From Scyliorhinus canicula (Eukaryota), in NCBI RefSeq assembly GCF_902713615.1, contig NC_052169.1:696708-760707 (forward strand): DNA of 64,000 nucleotides, in the 5' to 3' direction. Within the stretch, counting starts at the first letter, position 1, and every line of letters begins with the position of its first letter. The position numbers and the translations under genes are program-made. Shown piece by piece: positions 49,087 through 60,075 of this stretch. The notes under the pieces were generated by a model. It was not told where the DNA came from and made no database searches. It saw nothing but the letters and a program-made list of their open reading frames with translations.

Positions 49087-49236
49087 GATGAAGGGAAAGA
49101 CAAAACTCTACGCTCGTCAAAGGCCTTCTTCTCCCAGTTACAAGATCAAGTGAAAGCTGAGCTGAAAGGAGCCAAGATTGGAGCCAAGAAGCAGAACAAA
49201 CACAGAGAGCTTTCAGCAAGCAAGCTGAAACTTTAA
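49087..49236 (+). CDS. MPHOSPH10: MPHOSPH10 coding exon 11 (last, TAA stop)
   Basis: taaaag|; DEGKDKTLRSSKAFFSQLQDQVK..SASKLKL*, typical MPP10 C-terminus; spliced CDS sums to 2034 nt (677 aa). Confidence 0.95.
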   Translation, partial: DEGKDKTLRSSKAFFSQLQDQVKAELKGAKIGAKKQNKHRELSASKLKL

Positions 49237-49291
49237 TACAGCTCCTTCAGACTGAATCATCTCTTTCCTGTACATTCAAAGAACAATCTCA

Positions 49292-49317
49292 AATAAAACA
49301 TGACTTTTCCCAAATAA
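49292..49317 (+). terminator. MPHOSPH10 polyadenylation signals (two AATAAA)
   Basis: AATAAA at 49292 and 49312, 56 and 76 nt after the stop, followed by GT-rich sequence (gagtttttcgctttgttg). Confidence 0.7.
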
Positions 49318-49351
49318 AATACAGAGTTTTCGCTTTGTTGTACGGGAGTGT

Positions 49352-49570
49352 TAATCTTTATTGTCACAAGTAGGCTTACATTAACACTTAATTTAAGTTA
49401 CTGTGAAAATCCCCTAGTCGCCACACTCGGGCGCCTGTTCGGGTACACCAAGAGAATTCAGAATGTCCGATTCACCTAACAGGCACGTCTTTCGGGATTT
49501 GTGGGAGAAAACCAGAGCACCCGGAGGAAACCCATGCAGACACGGGGAGAACGTGAAGACTCCACACCCA
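49352..49570 (-). mobile_element. (tta)n-tailed V-SINE fragment just after the MPHOSPH10 poly(A) signals
   Basis: Tail gcgactaggggattttcacagtaac..gcctacttgtgacaataaag on minus. Confidence 0.8.
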
Positions 49571-50314
49571 AGATTCACCGGTCGTGTAATAGAGCTGCAT
49601 CAGGCACCTGTTTAAGCTCAAACATACTGACCAGTGTGACAAAAACATTTTTTTAAAAAGTTTTAATTCATTCATGGGATGCGGGTGTTGCTGTCTAGGC
49701 TAGCATTTATTGTCCATCCCTAATTACCCATAGTGGAGGTAACCCACAGTGCTGTTCAGGAAATACTTTTAGGGGTATGACCCAGTGACAGTGAAGCAAC
49801 GATTATAGTTCCAAGTGGGGATAGTGAGGGGCTTGGAGGAAAACCTACAGGTTGTGATGTTCCCATGTGTCTGCTGCCAGGTCCTCCTAGATGATAACAG
49901 TTATTGGTTTGGAAGGTGCTGTGCAAGGAACTTTGGTGAGTTCATGCAGTATAACTTGTAGATAATACACACAGCTGCTGCTGTCTGCCAGCAGAGGTGG
50001 GACTGAATGTTGATGGAGTGCAACTAAAGGGGCTGCTTTGTCCTGGATGGTATTGAGCTTCTTGATTGGCAAATTGAGAGAATTCCTTCACACTCCTGAC
50101 TTTGCCATGTGGATAGATGGTGGATAAACTTTGGGGAGTCAGGAGGTGAGTTACTTACTGCAGAATTCCCAGCGTCTCACCTGCTCTTGTAGCTGCAGTA
50201 TTTACATGGTGAGTCCAGTTCAGGTTTAGTCAATGGATGTTGATAGTTTGTTGGGTTTATCTTACTTGTTATACACAAGATTCAAAGTGGTAAGTGAGCA
50301 AAATCTTAGATATT

Positions 50315-50822
50315 TGATTTATTATTGCCACATGTATTAGTATACAGTCAACTTAATATGAGGTAGGTCCATTCAAAGGTCTGATGGTAGTAGGGAAGAA
50401 GCTGTTCTTGAGTCGTTTGGTACGTGACCTCTAACTTCGATATCTTTTTCCTGACGGAAGAAGGTGGAAGAGAGTATATCCGGGGTGTGTGATTATGCTG
50501 GCTGCCTTTCCAAAGCAGCGGGAATTATAGACAGAATCAATGGATGGGAGGCTGGTTTGCGTGATGGATTGGACTACATTCACAATCTTTTGTAGTTTCC
50601 TGCGGTCTTGGGCAGAGCAGTCTCTATACCAAGCTGTGATGCAACCAGAAAGAATGTTTTCAATGGTGTACCTGTAGAAGTTGGTGAGAGTCGTAGCTGA
50701 CATGCCAAATTTCCTTAGTCTGAAAAAGTTGAGTCCTTGGTGGGCTTTCTTAACTATAGTGTAGGCATGGGGGGGACCAGTACAGGTTGTTGGATATCTG
50801 TACACCTAAAAACTTGAAGCTC
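50315..50822 (-). mobile_element. Rex1/Babar-like LINE 3' fragment
   Basis: KKAHQGLNFFRLRKFGM..NFYRYTIENILSGCITAWY..LLPSGKRYRS. Confidence 0.8.
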
Positions 50823-51085
50823 TGATGCGTGTAAGTGAATTGGCTGGGAGCCTGATTGATTGGATCATTCAGTTCAAATACAAACGTCCAGCAGTGTGGA
50901 TAAATATCTGGAATTGAGTAAAAGACATAATGTCTCCTTGCCCTGGATATCTTCATATTTATAAATTACTCCCTTGATGAGATCTCTGGGGCCAGCGTTG
51001 TGACGGGCTGTAAATCCCTCACACTGTAGGAGGCCATTCAGCCCCATTGGGTCTGCACGAACCCTCTGAAAACATCAGCCTAGGC

Positions 51086-51890
51086 GCAGGCTGTGATTGG
51101 CGGAGCCGTGTGCGGGCTGTGATTGGTGGGGCTAGGTGTGGGCTGTGATTGGCGGATCCGGGCGCGGGCTGTGATTGGTGGGGCTAGGTGCAGGCTGTGA
51201 TTGGTGGAGCTGTGCGCGGGCTGTGATTGGCGGTGCCGGGCGTGGGCTGTGATTGGTGGTGCCAGGCGCGGGCTGTGATTGGTGGGGCTAGGTGCAGGCT
51301 GTGATTGGTGGAGCCGTGCGCGGGCTGTGATTGGCGGTGCCGGGCGTGGGCTGTGATTGGTGGATCTGGGCGGAGATTGTGATTGGTGGATCCGGGCGTG
51401 GGTTGTGATTGGTGGATCCGGGCGCGGGCTGTGATTGGCGGGTCCGGGCGCGGGTAGTGTTTGGTGGTGCTGGGCGCGGGCTGTGATTGGTGGTGCCGGG
51501 CGTGGGCTGTGATTGGCGGGTCCGGGCGTGGGCTGTGATTGGTGGGTCCGGGCGCGGGTAGTGATTGGTGGTGCCGGGCGTGGGTTGTGATTGGTGGATC
51601 CGGGCGCGGGCTGTGATTGGCGGTGCCGGACGCGGGCTGTGATTGGTGGATCCGGGCGCGGGCTGTGATTGGCGGGTCCGGGCGTGGGCTGTGATTGGTG
51701 GGTCCGGGCGCGGGCTGTGATTGGTGGATCCGGGCGCGGGCTGTGATTGGCGGTGCCGGACGCGGGCTGTGATTGGTGGATCCGGGCGCGGGCTGTGATT
51801 GGCGGTGCCGGGCGCAGGCTGTGATTGGCGGTGCCGGGCGCGGGCTGTGATTGGTGGATCCGGGCGCGGGCTGTGATTGGCGGGTCCGGG
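51086..51890. promoter_or_regulatory. Tandem array of ~30 x 26-bp units carrying inverted CCAAT boxes, abutting the FAN1 ATG
   Basis: Unit gggctgtgATTGGyggrtccgggcgc (CCAATCACAGC on minus, an NF-Y-type context); first ATTGG at 51096, last at 51876; CpG-rich. Confidence 0.8.
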
Positions 51891-52824
51891 ATGTTGGGTG
51901 GGAAGCGGCTCCGTTCCGGCCTCTCGCTCCGGGCCCGGCGGGAAAGCGCTGCAGCCCGGGGCGGGCTCGAGACCCCAGCCCGGGGCGAGGGGGAGGGAGC
52001 GGCAGGGCCCCCCGGAGGACACAGCGGCTTCGGGGCTGAGGGGAAGCCGGAGGGCAGCCGGAGGCGGCGGCTCCAACTCGCAAAGAGACACCGGGGGGAG
52101 GGAGACGTTCCGGGCCGGGGTCAGGGTCCCGGGGGGCTGGGCCGGGGTCAGGGTCCCGGGGGCCGGGGTCAGGGTGAGGGTCCCGGGGGTCCGGGCCGGG
52201 GTGAGGGTCCCGGGGGGCTGGGCCGGGGTGAGGGTCCCGGGGGCCGGGGTCAGGGTCCCGGGGGCCGGGGTCAGGGTCCCGGGGGGCTGAGCCGGGGTGA
52301 GGATCCCGGCCGGCCTGGGGGGCTGAGCCAGATTGAGGGTCCCGGGGGTCCGGGCCGGGGTGAGGGTCCCGGCCGGCCTGGGGGGCTGAGCCAGATTGAG
52401 GGTCCCGGGGGTCCGGGCCGGGGTGAGGGTCCCGGCCAGGGTGAGGGTCCCGGGGGGCTGGGCCGGGGTGAAGGTCCCGGGGGGCTGGGCCGGGGTGAGG
52501 GTCCCGGGGGGCTGAGCCGGGGTGAGGGTCCCGGCCAGACTGAGGGTCCCGGGGGTCCGGGCCGGGGTGAGGGTCCCGGGGGGCTGGGCCGGGGTGAGGG
52601 TCCCGGCCGGGGTGAGGGTCCCGGGGGTCCGGGCCAGGGCGAGGGTCTCTTAGGGCTGGGCCAGGGTGAGGGTCCCTTGGGGCTGGGCCGGACGGACGGT
52701 TTCCCGCTGCCTTATTATCTGAGGAATTTCCTGATTGCGCTGCAGGCGGTTCTCCGGAGTGAAGATAAAGAACTTTTTGATGAAGGAGACGCGCTCTGGT
52801 TGGGAATGTTCCAGAATCTCTCAG
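51891..52824 (+). CDS. FAN1: FAN1 (FANCD2/FANCI-associated nuclease 1) first coding exon, containing an in-frame GRGEGPGGL repeat
   Basis: First ATG after the CCAAT array; MLGGKRLRSGLSL resembles human KKRPRRSLSI; 3' part PYYLRNFLIALQAVLRSEDKELFDE..FQNLS matches FAN1 [26 protein letters not shown]..FYQLS; donor TCAG|GTGAAT (phase 1). 3' part is high confidence, start codon less so. Confidence 0.85.
52108..52690 (+). repeat. Coding minisatellite in FAN1 (27-bp consensus ggccggggtgagggtcccggggggctg, with shorter variants)
   Basis: Translates as GRG(E/Q)GPGG(L/P) repeats with no frameshift or stop up to the conserved PYYL block. Confidence 0.9.
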
Positions 52825-53119
52825 GTGAATGGCCTGAGTGAGTGTCGGGATCTCCTGCTGCACTTGGCCTCAGTGCCACAGGGCAGGAGTCCCCCGACAA
52901 AGGACATTGAGCGAGAACCAGGTCTGTTCCCTCTGGTTGAATGTCCGGCTGGCGCTGCAGGAACTTCCCGTCCTCGCTCAGCCCGAGGTTGCTGCTGTTG
53001 AGTTGGTGAAATAGCTGCAGGATCCACCTGCACCTCCCTCAACACCAGCACCGCCTGAAGGGCAGAAAAACTCCAGTCTGGCAGCGCCTGTGGAGAGCAG
53101 CCATTTAACTCTCAGTCCT

Positions 53120-53296
53120 ATTTTAGGGGCAATTTAGCGTGGCAAATCAACCTACCCGGCACATCTTTGGGTTGTGGGGATGAAACCCACCAGACACGGG
53201 GAGAATGTGCAAACTCCACACGGACAGTGACCCAGAGCCGGGATCGAACCTGGGTCCTCAGCGCCACAGTCCTAGTGCTGACCACTGCGCCACATG
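53120..53296 (-). mobile_element. V-SINE fragment
   Basis: Head and core on minus. Confidence 0.8.
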
Positions 53297-53304
53297 CATC
53301 CCGA

Positions 53305-54690
53305 GCTTATCAATACTCTTAAGAGTTCTGCCATTTACTGTAAATTTCCCATCTATATTAGACCTTCCAAAATGCATTACCTAATTTTTCAGGATTAAAC
53401 TCCATCTGCCATCTCTCCGCCCAAATCTCCAACCAATCGATATCGTGCTGTATCCTTTGGACGGTCTTCATCACTATGCGCAATTCCACTAACCTTTGTG
53501 TCATCTGCAAACATACTAATCAGACCAGTTACATTTTCCTCAAAACCATTTCTATATACTACAAACAGCAAAGGCCCCAGCACTGATCCCTGCGGAACAC
53601 CACTAACCACTGCCTTCCATTCAAAAAACACTCTTCCATTGCTACCCTCTCTTATGTGATCGAGCCGGTTCTGTATCCATCTTGCCAGCTCACCTCTGAT
53701 CCTGTATGACTTGACCTCCTGTGCCAGCCTGCCATGAGGGACCTTGTCAAATGCCTTACTGAAATCCATGTGGACAACATCTAATGCCCTACCCTCATCA
53801 ATCATCTTCGTCACTTCCTCGAGTTAGTGAGACATGACATCCCCTTCACAAAACCATGTTATCTCTCGCTACGTCCACTTGTGGGAGTAAATCCTGTTTC
53901 GAAGAATCCTCTCCAATAATTTCCTTAACATTGACGTATGGCTCACTGACCTGTAATTTCCTGGATTATTCTTGCTACCCTTCTTCAACAAAAGAACAAT
54001 ATTAGCTATTCTTGAATCCTTTTAGACCTCCCCGGTAGCCAGTGAGGATACAAAGATATCTCTCAAGGCCCCAGCAATTTTCTCCCTTGCCTCTCTCAGT
54101 TATCTGGGGTATATTAAATCAGACCTTAATGTTTTCCAAGACCTCCAATACCTCCTGCTTTTTGATTTCAACATGACCCAAACTATCTACATACCCTTCC
54201 CCAGACTCGCCATCAACCAAGTCCTCTTTGGTGAATAATAATAATAATAATCAGTCATTGTCACAAGTAGGCTTCAAATGAAGTTACTGTGAAAAGCCCC
54301 TAGTCGCCACATTCCGGCACCTGTTCGGAGAGGCTGGTACGGTAATTGAACCCGCGTTGCTACCATTGTTCTGCATTACAAACCAGCTGTTTAGCCCACT
54401 GTGCTAAACCAGCCCCTGAATATTGATGCAAAGTACTCATTTAATACCTCGCCCATTTTCTCTGGCTCCACTCATAGATTCCTTCCCCTGTCTTTGAGTG
54501 GGCCAACCCTCTCCCTGACTACCCTCGTGCTCTTTATATTCATATAAAAAACCTTGGGATTTTCCTTAATCCTGATGGCCGATTACTTTTTGTTTCCCCT
54601 TTTACCACTTCTGACTCCTTGCTTAAGTTTCTACTTTCCTTGCATTCCACACTTGCTTTGTGAGTTCCCAGCTTCCTAGCCTTGACAAAT
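53305..54690 (-). mobile_element. CR1-clade LINE ORF2 (RT) fragment, degraded, with a SINE insertion
   Basis: DVVHMDFSKAFDKVPHGRL..GVPQGSVLGPLLFVVY..FADDTK. Confidence 0.92.
54234..54416 (-). mobile_element. tRNA-SINE with (tta)n tail (same family as 11160-11338), inside a CR1
   Basis: ggggctggtttagcacagtgggctaaacagctgg..gggttcaatt..gcctacttgtgacaat..(tta)n. Confidence 0.8.
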
Positions 54691-55214
54691 GCTTCCTTTT
54701 TCATTTGTCTCCGATCACTGACCTACCCACACTGCAAAGCTCCTTATTTGCTCTAAAAATCCTTCACAATTTGAACGTACCTATTAAACCTTCCTTTAAC
54801 CTTCTCTACTCTAAAGATAACCTCCCTCGTTTCTCTTGTAGCTCCACATTATTGATGTCCCTCATCCCTGCTGTCATTGCAGTAAATTCCCGCTGCACCC
54901 TCTTCAAGGCGATGGCATTCTATAGTGTTCGGAATTGGACTGGTCAATGCTGCTGAGATCTAAGCAGTATTTTATAAAGGTTCACTGTGTACTTGCCAAC
55001 AACTTCTCCAGAACCTTTAAATGTAATAAAACACCCAAAGGCGCTTCATTCTAAAACAGTATCCTTATCTGAGGAAGGATGTTCCTGCCCAAGAGGAACT
55101 GCAGCTAAGGTTTGTATTCGCTGGAGTTCAGAAGAATGAGGGGGGGGGGGGGAAACTTCTAGAAACTTATAAAATTCTAACAGGACTGGAAAGGGTAGAT
55201 GCAAGAACGATGTT

Positions 55215-55520
55215 AGACATAGAACATACAGTGCAGAAGGAGGCCATTCGGCCCATTGAGTCTGCACCGACCCACATTAAGTCCTCACTTCCACCCTATC
55301 CCTGTAACCCAATAACCCTCCTAACCTTTTTGGACACTAAGGGCAATTTATCATGGCCAATCCACCTAACCTGCACGTCTGTGGACTGTGGGAGGAAACC
55401 CACGCAGACGCAGGGAGAACCTGCAGACTCCGCACAGACAGTGACCCAGCGGGGAATCAAACCTGGGACCCTGGCACTGTGAAGCCAGAGTGCCATCCAC
55501 TTGTGCTACCGTGCTGCCCC
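55215..55520 (-). mobile_element. HE1-type V-SINE
   Basis: Head, core and tail on minus. Confidence 0.88.
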
Positions 55521-55521
55521 A

Positions 55522-55801
55522 TTCTCCCGATGGTGGGTGTGTCCAGAACCAGGGGTCTGAGGATATGTTTAGCAGAGCGATGAGAAGAAATTTCTTCGCC
55601 CTGAGAGTGGTGAGCCTGTGGAATTCGTTACCACAGGAAGTAGTATATTTATCAAGAAGCGGTTAGATATAGCACTTAGGGTGAAGGGTATGGGGGGAAA
55701 GCAGGATCAGGCTATTCCGTTGGATGATCAGCCATGATCATAATGAATGATGGAGCGGGCTTGAAGGGCTGAATGATCTCCTCCTGCTCCTATTTTCTAT
55801 G
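55522..55801 (+). mobile_element. CR1 LINE 3' fragment
   Basis: gtccagaaccaggggtc..gtggaattcgttaccacag..gatcagccatgatcataatgaatg..ctcctgctcctattttctatg tail. Confidence 0.8.
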
Positions 55802-56355
55802 ACACTGAGCCACGTGATGAAGTATTAGCTCAGATGACCAAAAGCTTGGCCAAAGGGGTAGGTTTTAAGCAGCTTCTTAAAGTAGGAAAGTGAGGTAGAG
55901 AGCTGGGGAAAAGCAGAGAGGGAATTCCAGAGCTTGGGATCCAGGTAATTAAAGGCTCGGCTGCCGATGGTGGAACCATTGTGATTGGAAAAGAGGCGCG
56001 GAATAAAGAGAAGTAGAACCCCCCCCTCGAGCTGTGGGACTGGAAGAGTTACAAAGGTAGAGAGTAACACAGCGATTTGTAAACACGGATGAGAATTTTA
56101 AAATCCAAGACTTTGTTTGACTGGGCTTGTGGGTCAGTGAGCACAGGGGTGAGAGACAATCAGGATCTGCTGCAAGTTAAAACATGGGCAGCAGAGTTTT
56201 GGCTGATTTGAAGTTTGCAGAGGGAGAACAGCCAGGGGTGTTGGAATCGTCTAGTCTGGAGGAAATGACGGCCCCCACCTATATTTTTACAATTTATCCT
56301 GCTGTTTGGGTCTGATACTCTTCCTGTACTTACGGGTGTTCCATCTTATTCACAG

Positions 56356-56496
56356 CTGCCGGGCAGATGCTCTATGTGCGACTCTTTCAACGGAAGCTGA
56401 AATGGCTAAAAGTGATAAAACTGAGCTATGCAGAGATTGGTGAGGATCTAACCCCCACCATCGAGGAGCTGCGGCTGGCAGGCTTGTTACAGACAG
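56356..56496 (+). CDS. FAN1: FAN1 second coding exon
   Basis: ttcacag|; [47 protein letters not shown] matches FAN1 [31 protein letters not shown]; 141 nt, phase 1 to phase 1. Confidence 0.96.
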
Positions 56497-56498
56497 GT

Positions 56499-56806
56499 AA
56501 TAATAATAATCTTTATTAGTGTCACAAGTAGGCTTACATTAACACTGCAATGAAGTTACTGTGAAAAGCCCCTAGTCGCCACACTCCGGCGCCTGTTCGG
56601 GTACACTGAGGGAGCATTCAGAATGTCCAATTCATCTAATAAGCACGTCTTTCGGGACTTATGGGAGGAAACCGGATCACCCGGAAGAAACCCACGCAGA
56701 CACGGGAAGAACGTGCAGACTCCGCACAAACAGCGACCCAAGCCGGGAATCAAACATGGGTCCTCGGTGCTGTGAAGCAACAGTGCTAACCATTATACCA
56801 CCATGT
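56499..56806 (-). mobile_element. (tta)n-tailed V-SINE abutting the FAN1 exon 2 donor
   Basis: Tail reads aataataataatctttattagtgtcacaagtaggc directly after CAG|GT. Confidence 0.88.
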
Positions 56807-56887
56807 GCTGTAGAGCGGATATGTAGGCTTACAAAGCAAAAGGATGTGGCAGCAAATGTGACAGATCAGCTATTTAGGTAATGATAC

Positions 56888-59800
56888 CCAGAGTGCGGCA
56901 GGAAGGGTCAGAGTGCGGCAGGAAGGGTCGGAGTGCGGCAGGAAGGGTCGGAGTGCGGCAGGAAGGGTCGGAGTGCGGCAGGAAGGGTCGGAGTGCGGCA
57001 GGAAGGGTCGGAGTGCGGCAGGAAGGGTCGGAGTGCGGCAGGAAGGGTCGGAGTGCGGCAGGAAGGGTCGGAGTGCGGCAGGAAGGGTCGGAGTGCGGCA
57101 GGAAGGGTCGGAGTGCGGCAGGAAGGGTCGGAGTGCGGCAGGAAGGGTCGGAGTGCGGCAGGAAGGGTCATAGCGCGACAGGAAGGGTCATAGCGCGACA
57201 GGAAGGGTCATAGCGCGACAGGAAGGGTCATAGCGCGACAGGAAGGGTCATAGCGCGACAGGAAGGGTCATAGCGCGACAGGAAGGGTCATAGCGCGACA
57301 GGAAGGGTCAGAGCGCGACAGGAAGGGTCAGAGCGCGACAGGAAGGGTCATAGTGCGACAGGAAGGGTCAGAGCGCGACAGGAAGGGTCAGAGCGCGACA
57401 GGAAGGGTCAGAGCGCGACAGGGCCGCACGGTAGCATGGTGGTTAGCATAAATGCTTCACAGCTCCAGGGCCCCAGGTTCGATTCCCGGCTGGGTCACTG
57501 TCTGTGCGGAGTCTGCACGTCCTCCCCGTGTGTGCGTGGGTTTCCTCCGGGTGCTCCGGTTTCCTCCCACAGTCCAAAGATGTGCGGGTTAAGTGGATTG
57601 GCCATGCTAAATTGCCCGTAGTGTCCTAAAAAGTAAGGTTAAGGGAGGGGGGTGTTGTTGGGTTACGGGTATAGGGTGGATACGTGGGTTTGAGTAGGGT
57701 GATCATGGCTCGGCACAACATCGAGGGCCGAAGGGCCTGTTCTGTGCTGTACTGTTCTATTCTATAAGGAAGGGTCAGAGCGCGGCAGGAAGGGTCAGAG
57801 CGCGGCAGGAAGGGTCAGAGCGCGGCAGGAAGGGTCAGAGAGCGGCAGGAAGGGTCGGAGCGCGGCAGGAAGGGTCAGAGCGCGGCAGGAAGGGTCGGAG
57901 CGCGGCAGGAAGGGTCGGAGCGCGGCAGGAAGGGTCGGAGCGCGGCAGGAAGGGTCAGAGCGCGGCAGGAAGGGTCAGAGAGCGGCAGGAAGGGTCGGAG
58001 CGCGGCAGGAAGGGTCAGAGAGCGGCAGGAAGGGTCGGAGCGCGGCAGGAAGGGTCAGAGCGCGGCAGGAAAGGTCACAGCGCGGCAGGAAGGGTCGGAG
58101 CGCGGCAGGAAGGGTCGGAGCGCGGCAGGAAGGGTCGGAGCGCGGCAGGAAGGGTCGGAGCGCGGCAGGAAGGGTCAGAGCGCGGCAGGAAGGGTCAGAG
58201 CGCGGCAGGAAGGGTCAGAGCGCGGCAGGAAGGGTCGGAGCGCGGCAGGAAGGGTCAGAGCGCGGCAGGAAGGGTCAGAGCGCGGCAGGAAGGGTCAGAG
58301 CGCGGCAGGAAGGGTCAGAGCGCGGCAGGAAAGGTCACAGCGCGGCAGGAAGGGTCAGAGCGCGGCAGGAAAGGTCACAGCGCGGCAGGAAGGGTCGGAG
58401 CGCGGCAGGAAGGGTCGGAGTGCGGCAGGAAGGGTCAGAGTGCGGCAGGAAGGGTCGGAGTGCGGCAGGAAGGGTCGGAGCGCGGCAGGAAGGGTCAGAG
58501 CGCGGCAGGAAGGGTCGGAGTGCGGCAGGAAGGGTCAGAGCGCGGCAGGAAGGGTCGGAGCGCGGCAGGAAGGGTCAGAGCGCGGCAGGAAGGGTCAGAG
58601 CGCGGCAGGAAGGGTCGGAGCGCGGCAGGAAGGGTCGGAGCGCGGCAGGAAGGGTCGGAGCGCGGCAGGAAGGGTCAGAGCGCGGCAGGAAGGGTCGGAG
58701 CGCGGCAGGAAGGGTCGGAGCGCGGCAGGAAGGGTCAGAGCGCGGCAGGAAGGGTCAGAGAGCGGCAGGAAGGGTCGGAGCGCGGCAGGAAGGGTCGGAG
58801 CGCGGCAGGAAGGGTCGGAGCGCGGCAGGAAGGGTCGGAGCGCGGCAGGAAGGGTCGGAGCGCGGCAGGAAGGGTCAGAGCGCGGCAGGAAGGGTCAGAG
58901 CGCGGCAGGAAGGGTCAGAGCGCGGCAGGAAGGGTCGGAGCGCGGCAGGAAGGGTCAGAGCGCGGCAGGAAGGGTCAGAGAGCGGCAGGAAGGGTCAGAG
59001 AGCGGCAGGAAGGGTCAGAGCGCGGCAGGAAGGGTCAGAGCGCGGCAGGAAGGGTCAGAGAGCGGCAGGAAGGGTCGGAGCGCGGCAGGAAGGGTCGGAG
59101 CGCGGCAGGAAGGGTCGGAGCGCGGCAGGAAGGGTCCGAGCGCGGCAGGAAGGGTCAGAGCGCGGCAGGAAGGGTCAGAGCGCGGCAGGAAGGGTCAGAG
59201 AGCGGCAGGAAGGGTCAGAGCGCGGCAGGAAGGGTCAGAGCGCGGCAGGAAGGGTCAGAGCGCGGCAGGAAGGGTCGGAGCGCGGCAGGAAGGGTCGGAG
59301 CGCGGCAGGAAGGGTCGGAGCGCGGCAGGAAGGGTCGGAGCGCGGCAGGAAGGGTCGGAGCGCGGCAGGAAGGGTCAGAGCGCGGCAGGAAGGGTCAGAG
59401 AGCGGCAGGAAGGGTCAGAGAGCGGCAGGAAGGGTCAGAGAGCGGCAGGAAGGGTCGGAGCGCGGCAGGAAGGGTCAGAGCGCGGCAGGAAGGGTCGGAG
59501 CGCGGCAGGAAGGGTCGGAGCGCGGCAGGAAGGGTCGGAGCGCGGCAGGAAGGGTCGGAGCGCGGCAGGAAGGGTCGGAGCGCGGCAGGAAGGGTCGGAG
59601 CGCGGCAGGAAGGGTCGGAGCGCGGCAGGAAGGGTCGGAGCGCGGCAGGAAGGGTCAGAGCGCGGCAGGAAGGGTCAGAGCGCGGCAGGAAGGGTCAGAG
59701 CGCGGCAGGAAGGGTCAGAGCGCGGCAGGAAGGGTCAGAGAGCGGCAGGAAGGGTCAGAGCGCGGCAGGAAGGGTCGGAGCGCGGCAGGAAGGGTCGGAG

Positions 59801-60075
59801 CGCGGCAGGAAGGGTCGGAGCGCGGCAGGAAGGGTCGGAGCGCGGCAGGAAGGGTCGGGTGCGGCAGGAAGGGTCGGAGCGCGGCAGGAAGGGTCGGAGC
59901 GCGGCAGGAAGGGTCGGAGTGCGGCAGGAAGGGTCGGAGCGCGGCAGGAAGGGTCAGAGCGCGGCAGGAAGGGTCGGAGCGCGGCAGGAAGGGTCGGAGC
60001 GCGGCAGGAAGGGTCAGAGCGCGGCAGGAAGGGTCGGAGTGCGGCAGGAAGGGTCGGAGTGCGCAGGAAGGGTCA
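56888..60075. repeat. FAN1 intron minisatellite, 20-bp unit (gagcgcggcaggaagggtcr), interrupted by a SINE
   Basis: Tandem periodicity either side of 57421-57765. Confidence 0.97.
57421..57765 (+). mobile_element. Full-length HE1-type V-SINE inserted in the 20-bp minisatellite
   Basis: gggccgcacggtagcatggtggttagc..ggttcgattccc..gggccgaagggcctgttctgtgctgtactgttctattctat. Confidence 0.92.

Noticed and set aside
49600-51085. Possible upstream FAN1 exon encoding UBZ4
   Set aside because: The interval is LINE/SINE debris; I saw no CxxC..HLD..C reading frame with splice sites, though reading by eye could miss a small exon.
51184-52863. 559-aa minus-strand ORF over the FAN1 start
   Set aside because: Antisense shadow of the FAN1 exon plus the CCAAT array; the + frame has the FAN1 homology and splice sites.
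57421-57495. tRNA-like A/B boxes here and in similar copies
   Set aside because: These are SINE heads continuing into V-core and LINE-like tails, not tRNA genes.
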